Shown here piece after piece: positions 55,950 through 64,000 of a stretch of DNA of 64,000 nt. The number at the start of each line of letters is the position of its first letter. The stretch's first letter is position 1. This DNA comes from Candidatus Obscuribacterales bacterium (GTDB lineage: Bacteria > Cyanobacteriota > Vampirovibrionia > Obscuribacterales > Obscuribacteraceae), in assembly GCA_965228855.1 (NCBI GenBank), contig CBDDIJ010000005.1:1504001-1568000 (forward strand), in the 5' to 3' direction. The notes beneath the pieces are model-generated. The model did not search any database. It was given only the letters and a program-made list of their open reading frames with translations, and was not told where the DNA came from. The translations under genes were made by a program, and so were the position numbers.

Positions 55950-57520
55950 TTGGTTTTCTCCTCGTGGTATTCTTGCTCGGTGTTTGTAGCCCAGACGTTA
56001 TCTTTCGATGTCACGCCGGCAACGATATTATCCACCGCGGTCATCGACGCAAGCATGGAATGGTCCTGGTTGTTGTATTTGTGCATGCCGTTTCGGCCTA
56101 CGAGGAAGAGGTTCTCGATGGTATCGATCCACTCCCGAAGTTCTTCGAAACGATCGTAGGTGCCGAAATAACCAGGATAGGTTTTCGGCATGCGAACGAC
56201 TGTTCCGTCTATCACATCAGCTTTGTCGATAATACCAATCTTTTGCAGTTCGTCACCGCCAAGCTCGACCAATTTGTCATCTTGCCAGGTCCAGATCGGG
56301 TCCGTTTCATTACAGAAATACTCGAGACCCAACCACACGTTCTCTGGATCAGCGACCATCGAAGGTCCCCAGTTGTTATAGATCTGCATGCGGCCGACCA
56401 GCACATCGCTTTCTTGCACATAAATCCAGTTGTCCAGGATCAAACTTCTGCCGCCGGCCTCGACGTCTTTGACCTTCATTTTCTTCACGAGGAGGCAGAC
56501 TTCGATAAAGTCTCGGTAAACCAGTCCAGCTGCGATTTCTCTGATGTGCTGAGGTACATCGCAGTCAAGTTTAGCCACTAACTCCTTGATCGGCATCGTC
56601 GAAAAGAAATACTCACCGGTCATCTCTTTGGTCTCGCCGGTCTTCGTATCGCGCACCGTCACCGATACCACTCGCTTGTTCTCGACTTTGACCTTTTCGA
56701 CTTCTTGATTCATGGCGATGTCGCCGCCTTTTTCCTGGACCTTGCGGGCGGTTTCGGCCCACATACTTCCAGTGCCGTTTTTCGGGTAAAGGAACTGTTC
56801 GACCAGCGACGTCTCCGTTCCCTTCTGGCGAAGGTCACCGGTGCCGGCGAATACTTTTTTGACGGCGTGTCCCAGCACTTTGAAGATGTTCAGACCTTTG
56901 ATGCGCTGAGCGCCCCATGCCGCACTGATTTTATGACACTCGATGCCCCAGACTTTCTCAGTGTAGTCTTTGAAAAACGTGCGATAAAGCTCTTTCCCGA
57001 ATCGGTTGGTGATGAATTGTTCGAGGTTTTCTTCAGGCTTGATCGGGAAGGCAGCGGCTTTCAGATAACTCAAACCGATTTTGACTGTTTTCACCGGACC
57101 AAGATTCGAGAATGTTTGAACCTTCAAACTGATCGGATAATCAAAAAATTTGCGCAGGTAATAAATTCGCGTTTTGCGCTTCAGCAGTATCATGATGTTA
57201 TCAGTCGATCCAGCTGGCGCGGCACCGCCTGATATGGTGCGTTTCTTGTTCTGATATGTAATTTCGTGAAACCCGTCCGGCAGCGTCTCGATCGGGATCA
57301 TATTCGCCCACCAATCCATGACACGATCGGACTTCGAGAAAAATCGGTGAGGACCGATATCGAATCGGTTGCCCTTGTACTCCATGGTGCGCGAGATTCC
57401 GCCGATTACGTCACTTTTCTCGAGAACGACCGGATGAATATCCGTGCGCTCCAACAGCTCGTACGCCGCCGTGAGTCCGGCAGGACCGGCGCCAACGATG
57501 ATTGCTTTTTTCTCCGACAT
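55946..57520 (-). CDS. FAD/NAD(P)-dependent oxidoreductase (UDP-galactopyranose mutase/protoporphyrinogen oxidase-like)
   Basis: [66 protein letters not shown]. Confidence 0.9.
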   Translation of the reverse strand: MSEKKAIIVGAGPAGLTAAYELLERTDIHPVVLEKSDVIGGISRTMEYKGNRFDIGPHRFFSKSDRVMDWWANMIPIETLPDGFHEITYQNKKRTISGGAAPAGSTDNIMILLKRKTRIYYLRKFFDYPISLKVQTFSNLGPVKTVKIGLSYLKAAAFPIKPEENLEQFITNRFGKELYRTFFKDYTEKVWGIECHKISAAWGAQRIKGLNIFKVLGHAVKKVFAGTGDLRQKGTETSLVEQFLYPKNGTGSMWAETARKVQEKGGDIAMNQEVEKVKVENKRVVSVTVRDTKTGETKEMTGEYFFSTMPIKELVAKLDCDVPQHIREIAAGLVYRDFIEVCLLVKKMKVKDVEAGGRSLILDNWIYVQESDVLVGRMQIYNNWGPSMVADPENVWLGLEYFCNETDPIWTWQDDKLVELGGDELQKIGIIDKADVIDGTVVRMPKTYPGYFGTYDRFEELREWIDTIENLFLVGRNGMHKYNNQDHSMLASMTAVDNIVAGVTSKDNVWATNTEQEYHEEKTN

Positions 57521-57678
57521 GAGCCTCAGGGTTCCGAATTGTGAACGAGTAATGCCACTAATACTACACTTCTTGATTTGCAAAGACCATGATGGTGAAT
57601 ATCATCCCTGGAACTTTCTTTAGATAATTGCTTCACAATAACCTCAGTCGCGCTGTCAGTGTCCGCAGGGAGCTTTTG

Positions 57679-58887
57679 ATGAGTCCCGGAAACGCCGTAA
57701 AACTTGGTGAACTGCTTATCCGGTCAGGCATCCTGACATCACAGCAGTTGCTTGAATCCATCGAACTGGCGAAGCAAACGGGCACGCCCATCGGCAGAAT
57801 GCTGGTGATGTGCGGGACCGTGTCGGAAAACGTCCTGCATGGGTCCGTGCAGATACAGTCGCTTTTGCGTGAGAACCAGCTGGAGCTGGACGCCGCAATC
57901 TCTTTGCTGACCATGGTTCACAAAGAAGACATTCCACTTGAGGAAGCCATGCAGCGCACTGGGCGCTCGGTTGAGCCACGCAAACCGACAGTGAAGCTCG
58001 GTGAATTACTGATAGAAGGCGGTTTTTTGCTGCCGGAAGAACTGGAAAAGTTTCTGGCAGACAGCCTGGACGCTGGATTGCCGCTCGGACGAATTCTTCT
58101 TCTTTATGGCTCGATCTCCAAAGAATCGCTCTCCGCCTGCCTCACAGCGCAAGTGCTTGTGCGCGACAACAAGGTTTCACGCGAACAGGCAATCAAGGCT
58201 CTGCAAACGATGCGCCGTCGCAGACTCGATCTCGAAGGCTCGTTGCGCGAACTCGGTTATTATCGCCATCCCATTCGCGCGCACACACTGATCGGAGAAC
58301 TATGCATCAAAGCTGGTTTGATTGACGAAGGCAATGTGCTCAGCGCTCTGGAAACCGCTTTGGAACAGGAGATTCCGGTCGGTCAGGCGATGATTCAAAA
58401 GAATCTGGTCGCACGCGCCTCGCTCGAGATGGCTCTGGAACTGCAACAAATGGTGGTGAACAACACGCTCACCGAGGATCAGGCGGCTCAGGTGTTGAAC
58501 AAAGTCGCCCAGAAAGGTTTTTCACCGACAGCCGCATTGACTGAACTGGCAATCTCGACCGGCACGGAAGACGACACCAGGGGAGTCTGGCAGCTCCTCA
58601 CTGCCGCCGGAGTGATCAACAAGGACGTTCGCCACGCAATATTTCCGCAGACGCCTCCACCGCTTGCAGAACTCGGACAAAAGCTCTTGCAAGCGGAGCT
58701 CATCGACGAGTTTACGTTACATAACGCGTTTCGTTGCCAGTTCTTAATGCGCTCGGGCTTTCTGGCGCTGGAGCAGGCGATCGTGGTTTTAAACCATTGT
58801 CGCTCTCGCCGAATTGCAACAGACGTCGCGCTGAGAGAGTTAAACTGGATAGCCGAGACCAAGATGCAACTCGACAGCGCTGTTTAG
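57679..58887 (+). CDS. Stand-alone tandem MshEN-like repeat protein
   Basis: KLGELLIRSGIL/PIGRMLVMCGTV, KLGELLIEGGFL/PLGRILLLYGSI, LIGELCIKAGLI/PVGQAMIQKNLV, and a fourth degenerate pair. Confidence 0.8.
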   Translation: MSPGNAVKLGELLIRSGILTSQQLLESIELAKQTGTPIGRMLVMCGTVSENVLHGSVQIQSLLRENQLELDAAISLLTMVHKEDIPLEEAMQRTGRSVEPRKPTVKLGELLIEGGFLLPEELEKFLADSLDAGLPLGRILLLYGSISKESLSACLTAQVLVRDNKVSREQAIKALQTMRRRRLDLEGSLRELGYYRHPIRAHTLIGELCIKAGLIDEGNVLSALETALEQEIPVGQAMIQKNLVARASLEMALELQQMVVNNTLTEDQAAQVLNKVAQKGFSPTAALTELAISTGTEDDTRGVWQLLTAAGVINKDVRHAIFPQTPPPLAELGQKLLQAELIDEFTLHNAFRCQFLMRSGFLALEQAIVVLNHCRSRRIATDVALRELNWIAETKMQLDSAV

Positions 58888-59089
58888 CGAATCGCTTCGC
58901 CGCGCTGCACTCATCCTCGACTGCTCGAATGCCTCAGCCTTTCCGGCTTCAGGTTAATCGGGGGAATCGCTCGGGTACCAAAAGTTCACAAAATGAACCT
59001 AGAGTATTTGACAACCCCACAAGTAACTTACTACGCCGTTTTTATTCGATGTCCAACCTTGCGCTGCCAGCGCCTTTTAGAGAAAACAG

Positions 59090-60553
59090 ATGGGGTCGTT
59101 AATCACTAACAATATCGACGCGAACAAAGCCGGCGCGACCGGTTCGCTCGTTGGCGACCAGCAAGCAGCACGGAGAAGCGCGAAAATTCTGCCGGTGCAT
59201 TCAAAATCCGCAATTAAACTTTCTCGAATAGCCCGCCAGAAACAGGTTGATGAGCATATCCTGCCCGCGAAGGTCGATGAAGCTATTCTGACCTTTGAAC
59301 CTGAACAGCCGCAATCGTTTGCTCCACTAAGAGAAACAGCGGTGGTCGGACTTTCAACCTTCGATAGCGCGAGTAATGCTGCATCGGGCGAAGATCCCAA
59401 CGTCGATGACAACATTCATATCGTTGGAGACTGGGTCCTCAACTCAATCCCCTGTTTAATTCGCGGTATCGAAGAAGATGCTCCTGTACTCTCGATCCGC
59501 TATCCACGCGGCGCGAAACGCAGATACTTCACTCATCACAGCAATCAACTCACCAAAGTCGAGACTGTTTTAGGTGATGAAGACAAAGAAAAGACGCGGG
59601 TGGTTTACACCAAAGATTTGACCTCGGGTGCCTGGTACATGACCCTGGACGGCATCACATCTCGTTTGCCGGGCGAGATCAGCTTGTCGGACAATGGCGT
59701 GTTTCACGTTCAAGTCGATAATACCGGTCGCTGTCGCCGAGAGTATCCGGATGGAACCATCTCTGTGGACATGGCTTGCAGCGCGCATCACAAGGGCGCG
59801 CACGCTCTCGTTCAAGCGCTCATGTCCGAGGACGACGGAAGCGGCGGCGTCAATAATCGCACGGTTCTCGACCTTCTCAGTGTGGTCAGCCATGACCTGC
59901 GAAGCCCGCTGACTTCGGTTCAGGGTCTGCTTACGCTTCTATCTGCCGGAGCATTTGGCGCCATTCCAGATAAAGCGCGGGAGCGCATAGCCAGCGTGGA
60001 ATCCGATTTAACTCGCCTCACCCGGCTCATCAACGAGCTTCTCGACGCCGAGATGCTGGTCAGCGGTAAGCTAGTCATGCGCCGCCAACTCCTCGACGTG
60101 CAAGATTTGTTTGACGCCGCAGTCGGCTCGCTGAGCGGTTTAGCGCTGCAACAGAAAGTTCAACTGTCAGTCATTAAATCGAATTTGCAACTCTTCGCAG
60201 ACAAAGATCGCCTTGTTCGTGTCCTCGTCAACATAGTGGCAAACGCTATTAAATACTCGCCCAAAGGCGCTACCGTAGTGCTATCCGCCGAGTTCAACGG
60301 TGATTCGGTCATTCTTAAGGTCAAAGATTCCGGTCGGGGAATCGCGACAAAGTATCAAAAGGCAATCTTCGAGCGCTTCCAACAGGTGAGCGAAGGCGAC
60401 TGGAGCGATAAAGGCGGCGTCGGACTCGGGCTAGCCATCAGCAAATCGATTGTCGAAGCTCATGGAGGCGCCATCGGTGTCGAAAGCCAGAAAGGCGCCG
60501 GCAGCACCTTCTGGGTAAGCCTGCCCGCCAATACCCTGACCGAATACGCCTAG
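59090..60553 (+). CDS. Cytoplasmic histidine kinase with unusual beta-hairpin N-terminal domain
   Basis: SHDLRSPL, NIVANAIKYS, DSGRG, FERF, GVGLGLAISK; no TM helix; start uncertain. Confidence 0.9.
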   Translation: MGSLITNNIDANKAGATGSLVGDQQAARRSAKILPVHSKSAIKLSRIARQKQVDEHILPAKVDEAILTFEPEQPQSFAPLRETAVVGLSTFDSASNAASGEDPNVDDNIHIVGDWVLNSIPCLIRGIEEDAPVLSIRYPRGAKRRYFTHHSNQLTKVETVLGDEDKEKTRVVYTKDLTSGAWYMTLDGITSRLPGEISLSDNGVFHVQVDNTGRCRREYPDGTISVDMACSAHHKGAHALVQALMSEDDGSGGVNNRTVLDLLSVVSHDLRSPLTSVQGLLTLLSAGAFGAIPDKARERIASVESDLTRLTRLINELLDAEMLVSGKLVMRRQLLDVQDLFDAAVGSLSGLALQQKVQLSVIKSNLQLFADKDRLVRVLVNIVANAIKYSPKGATVVLSAEFNGDSVILKVKDSGRGIATKYQKAIFERFQQVSEGDWSDKGGVGLGLAISKSIVEAHGGAIGVESQKGAGSTFWVSLPANTLTEYA

Positions 60554-60661
60554 ACATTATCAGCCGAGCGCGCAACCCGGTTTATCTGACACATAGTACA
60601 CTTGAAGTGTCCCTTGTAATGGACGTTTCAGCTCGCTCTCTTCCTACGGCGCCTCTGGTCA

Positions 60662-61600
60662 ATGACCGACAGAACTGAAAATACTCAAGACTATCTCTTG
60701 AGCATCGTCATCCCGATGTTCAACGAAGAGCAAGGCGCCAGCGAATGCGTGCGCCGCGTCGCGCGCGTGATCGAAGAATCGCTCGGCTGCCGTTACGAGC
60801 TCATATTCGTGAATGATGGCAGCACAGACCGGACGCTTGAGATTTTGCGACAAGAAAAAGAGCATAATCCGCACGTCAAAATTATCGACTTGAGCAGAAA
60901 CTTTGGACATCAAACAGCCATTACTGCCGGCATCGATCACGCCAGCGGAGACGCGCTCATCGTCATTGACGGCGACCTTCAAGATCCGCCGGAAGTGTTT
61001 CCTCGATTGATAGAAAAGTGGAAAGCCGGGGCGGATATTGTCCACGCAAGACGCACCGCGCGTCATGGCGAATCAGCTTTCACACGTCTTCGAGCAGCGA
61101 CGTTCTACCGCATCATGAGCCAGATTTCGAGCATCGATATTCCAATCGACGTGGGCGATTTCCGATTGATGAGCAAGCGGGTCGTCAATCAACTCAAGGC
61201 GATGAAAGAAACCCGGCGCTATGTCCGCGGCCTGGCGACCTGGGTCGGCTTCAACCAGGAAACGATTGATTATGAACGCGAGGCACGCTTCGCGGGTACG
61301 CCGAGTTACACGTTGAAGACTCTCATGGGCTTAGCGATGTCCGGCATTCTGGGATTCTCGATCATTCCGATGAGACTCGGCATTTATCTGGGAATTCTGG
61401 TCATCACTACGAGCTTCGCATTCGGAGCATATGGAGTCGTGCTGCCGGCAATGGCGCCGAGTTGGACACCACTAATGGTGGCATTACTATTTGTGGGCGG
61501 TTTGCAGTTAATCTGCACGGGTCTAATCGGCGAGTATCTTTATCTCGTACTCGACGGAGTCCGCCAGCGTCCCGTTTACATTGTCAAACAGGAATATTAG
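60662..61600 (+). CDS. GtrB/ArnC-like undecaprenyl-phosphate glycosyltransferase (GT2)
   Basis: LSIVIPMFNEE, VNDGSTD, LSRNFGHQTAITAG, IDGDLQDPP, GDFRLM, two C-terminal TMs, GLIGEY...RPVYIV. Confidence 0.93.
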   Translation: MTDRTENTQDYLLSIVIPMFNEEQGASECVRRVARVIEESLGCRYELIFVNDGSTDRTLEILRQEKEHNPHVKIIDLSRNFGHQTAITAGIDHASGDALIVIDGDLQDPPEVFPRLIEKWKAGADIVHARRTARHGESAFTRLRAATFYRIMSQISSIDIPIDVGDFRLMSKRVVNQLKAMKETRRYVRGLATWVGFNQETIDYEREARFAGTPSYTLKTLMGLAMSGILGFSIIPMRLGIYLGILVITTSFAFGAYGVVLPAMAPSWTPLMVALLFVGGLQLICTGLIGEYLYLVLDGVRQRPVYIVKQEY

Positions 61601-61684
61601 AGAGCGCCTCCTATTTAGTTTAAAATACGTGTCGTATGAAACATGGCAGAATGAACTCAACATCACTGGAGTTGAATCGCTTCA

Positions 61685-62581
61685 ATGAAATTTGGCGCAC
61701 CCCATAGCTGCTTTGACAGCAGATTAACTTGCATCGATTGTCAGGCCCAAGTTTGTCCGCAATGCATGGAGGTCTGCCCTGTCGGCAACCGCTGCAAGAA
61801 GTGCGCCGAACGCTTTACCAGCCACCTGACAAAAGTTTCGCCGAAGATTCTTTTGCAGACTTTGCTTGCGGCCGGTGTCGTCGGTTTCGCCTACGGTTCC
61901 ATTCATAATTTCCTCTTCGGCGGATTCTTCATCTGGTTTCTCATCTACGGCGTCGGCTTTCTCGTCGGTCGCGGGCTGCACAAGGTCGCAAATCACAAAC
62001 TTGGCGGAAAAATCATTGCCACCGTTATTAGTGGCTTACTCATCGGAGCGCTGGCAAGCCCGGCCCGAGACGTCATGCTTGGTCAGTCGGCAAGTTTCGG
62101 ATTTGACGACGAAGACGATTTCGTTAGCATGCCTAAGTCAGGCGACGAATCCGTTGCGGCGGCGGAGGAAACCGCGCGCTTGAGTTTTCCTAATTTCGAA
62201 AAAGCATTCAAATCTCGGGAAGGAGACGATTTCAAGGGACGCACCCTATTTAAAGACGGCGATCTTGTCGAACACCTGTGGTTTAACGTCGAATCCATTG
62301 AGAACGGAAAGCTCACCGGGCGGCTCGCAAATAAACCTGCGGAGCTGGTGAATATCAGAAAAGGCGCTCCGGTTTCCATCACCGTAAATCAACTCGAAGA
62401 CTGGCATTATGTGAATCAGGACGATGTCGGAGTCGGCAACTTCACGGCTCGAGCACAGCGCCGCGCCGCACATCAGAACAACGGATTTGGCATGTTCACT
62501 ACCGGCAGCTTCTGGATGACGTTTGGAATATTCATCGCTGGTGTTCTCAGTCCAATTTTGCGGGTGCGCATGAGGAACTAA
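61685..62581 (+). CDS. Membrane protein: B-box-like Zn finger + TM + DUF2314/YegJ-like domain
   Basis: H...CIDC...CPQC...PVGNRCKKC; 3 TM; EHLWFNV...LTGRLANKP...G...EDW; C-terminal TM. Confidence 0.7.
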   Translation: MKFGAPHSCFDSRLTCIDCQAQVCPQCMEVCPVGNRCKKCAERFTSHLTKVSPKILLQTLLAAGVVGFAYGSIHNFLFGGFFIWFLIYGVGFLVGRGLHKVANHKLGGKIIATVISGLLIGALASPARDVMLGQSASFGFDDEDDFVSMPKSGDESVAAAEETARLSFPNFEKAFKSREGDDFKGRTLFKDGDLVEHLWFNVESIENGKLTGRLANKPAELVNIRKGAPVSITVNQLEDWHYVNQDDVGVGNFTARAQRRAAHQNNGFGMFTTGSFWMTFGIFIAGVLSPILRVRMRN

Positions 62582-62584
62582 CCA

Positions 62585-63349
62585 ATGCCCACTTCGTATT
62601 CAAAACTGCCGAATCAATTAGTCGAGCAAATGAAGTCGAAGAACATCTGGCAACCGTCATGTCCTGTAGCGTTACAACGACTTGCCCTGGTCAATATTCG
62701 GTACCGGGATTTCGAAAACAAAACGCATGACGACGGCGAACTGGTGGTCATGGATGCTGTAGCGCCACGGGTAGCGCGCATTTTTGATACTTTGTACGAA
62801 AGAAACTTTCCGATCGGAAGAATACGATCACTGCATCATTACGACGGTGACGACGAAAGCTCGATGGCTGACAATAACTCATCGGCTTTCAACTTCAGAG
62901 CAATTGCGGGCAGCACGACTGTTTCCATCCATGGCTATGGATTGGCAATCGACGTAAATCCTCTCCAAAATCCATATTTGACATTTCAAGAATCCGAAGG
63001 CCTTGCGAAAATCCATCCTGCTGAAGGCTGGAGTTTTCTAAACAGAAGCAACCAAAAACCCGGAATGATCGAGCCCATGGTGCAAGTTTTCGCCGACAAT
63101 GGCTTTACGATTTGGGGAGGTCGCTGGACCACACCGATCGACTACCACCACTTTCAGACACCACGCGTAGTGGCAGAGCTTCTTTGCGCTCTTGAAGGAA
63201 ACGAGGGCACTGAATTTTTCGAGCAATTTGCCGATCGCAAGTTGCAATTGCCGGAAACGCCAAATTCGGAAGAAACCGCCAGACTCGTCGCTTACTGCAA
63301 CGAGGACAGAAAAGGTTTCTTCAAGATGATTGGAATGCAGTTAAGTTAA
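62585..63349 (+). CDS. M15 family metallopeptidase (D-Ala-D-Ala carboxypeptidase-like)
   Basis: NSSAFNFR, SIHGYGLAIDVNP, WGG.W..PIDYHHFQ. Confidence 0.9.
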   Translation: MPTSYSKLPNQLVEQMKSKNIWQPSCPVALQRLALVNIRYRDFENKTHDDGELVVMDAVAPRVARIFDTLYERNFPIGRIRSLHHYDGDDESSMADNNSSAFNFRAIAGSTTVSIHGYGLAIDVNPLQNPYLTFQESEGLAKIHPAEGWSFLNRSNQKPGMIEPMVQVFADNGFTIWGGRWTTPIDYHHFQTPRVVAELLCALEGNEGTEFFEQFADRKLQLPETPNSEETARLVAYCNEDRKGFFKMIGMQLS

Positions 63350-63951
63350 AGGACGGCTTTACGGTCCAGGTATGAAGCGGTTTCAAAAAACTTGCGAGCC
63401 TCTTCGCTCTCAGCCTTGTCCCATGAAGCCGTCACGAGAAAAATATTGTCCACACCGCCTTCGGTGTTCAACAGTATATACAGTTTAAAAGTATCGTTGG
63501 TCTTAGTGTTTCCTTTGATAATCATGCCGCTACCGGACGGCGTCTGAAAAGGTTCACGAGACTTATCCGACAGGTTGAACTTCGTTTTGCAGACGAACCA
63601 CGCTCGCTCGAAGGCGGCGCTCGCCGTCGCCGGATTGTTGTTGTCGTTGTCGACGATAAAGGTCGACGTCATTCGAATTTTAGACGTGTTCCATTCATTG
63701 GCATAAATTTCTTTGAGGTTATTTTCCTGCGCATACTGCTCTGCCGGTCCCTGCACACCGTCAGTCAGATTGTAGTCGTCGAATTTGTACGACCGAGGCT
63801 TCTCCGGGAAATCGACCTTGTACGCGCCCGGTCGACTCACAAACTGTTTAGTACTGGCGTTGTATTGCTCGACCTCGGCCTTCTCGGCGGTACATGCCCC
63901 AAGACCGCAAGCGGTCACAACCCCCAAGAGTAAACTAAATTGTTTTCGCAC
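63346..63951 (-). CDS. Hypothetical lipoprotein
   Basis: GTG start with SD GGAGG; lipobox LGAC; F.S..G.Y.V.FP..P motif. Confidence 0.75.
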   Translation of the reverse strand: MRKQFSLLLGVVTACGLGACTAEKAEVEQYNASTKQFVSRPGAYKVDFPEKPRSYKFDDYNLTDGVQGPAEQYAQENNLKEIYANEWNTSKIRMTSTFIVDNDNNNPATASAAFERAWFVCKTKFNLSDKSREPFQTPSGSGMIIKGNTKTNDTFKLYILLNTEGGVDNIFLVTASWDKAESEEARKFFETASYLDRKAVL

Positions 63952-64000
63952 GATGACCTCCCGTTTCGTCGAATACAAGGCAAAATAGCAGCTGACTTCG

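Noticed and set aside
55946..57520. hemY/protoporphyrinogen oxidase call
   Set aside because: Motifs and context fit glycosylation-associated UGM-like flavoproteins better; no haem genes nearby.

Overview
Gene-dense bacterial chromosomal window of roughly 50% GC (by eye). I recognised no rRNA, tRNA, CRISPR array, integrase or transposase. The gene content (tandem MshEN-like repeat proteins, TM-HAMP-PAS-HisKA kinase, many lineage-specific secreted proteins) suggests non-photosynthetic Cyanobacteriota (Melainabacteria/Obscuribacterales-like); this is an inference, not a database result. Layout: (1) 0-12.7 kb holds housekeeping and signalling genes (FtsB-like fragment, PGM/PMM, J-like/MshEN-like protein, FHA protein, zinc-ribbon protein, tsaD), a structured 156-bp tandem repeat, two hairpin-rich intergenic regions, three secreted low-complexity proteins and a sensor kinase. 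(2) 12.8-22.4 kb is a minus-strand Tad/Flp pilus locus (flp, cpaB, cpaE, tadA, tadB, tadC, then ridA, prepilin peptidase, DUF192, tadE-like) with no secretin in the window. (3) 22.9-61.6 kb is a dispersed surface-glycosylation island. Its core is a compact 7-gene operon: GT-C::PRK-like kinase fusion, HAD phosphatase, class II aldolase/epimerase, double nucleotidyltransferase, GtrA, GT2 and a GDPD-like enzyme. It looks like a self-contained pathway that makes an unusual activated sugar, loads it on a lipid carrier, flips it and transfers it. Around it lie about six more GT-C-like membrane proteins (three clear paralogues), three more GT2s, a radical SAM/SPASM enzyme, a flavoenzyme, a methyltransferase, GNATs, an HTTM pair, an orphan secreted emfourin and a stand-alone multi-MshEN protein. 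All family assignments come from motif recognition by eye and need HMM or structure confirmation.
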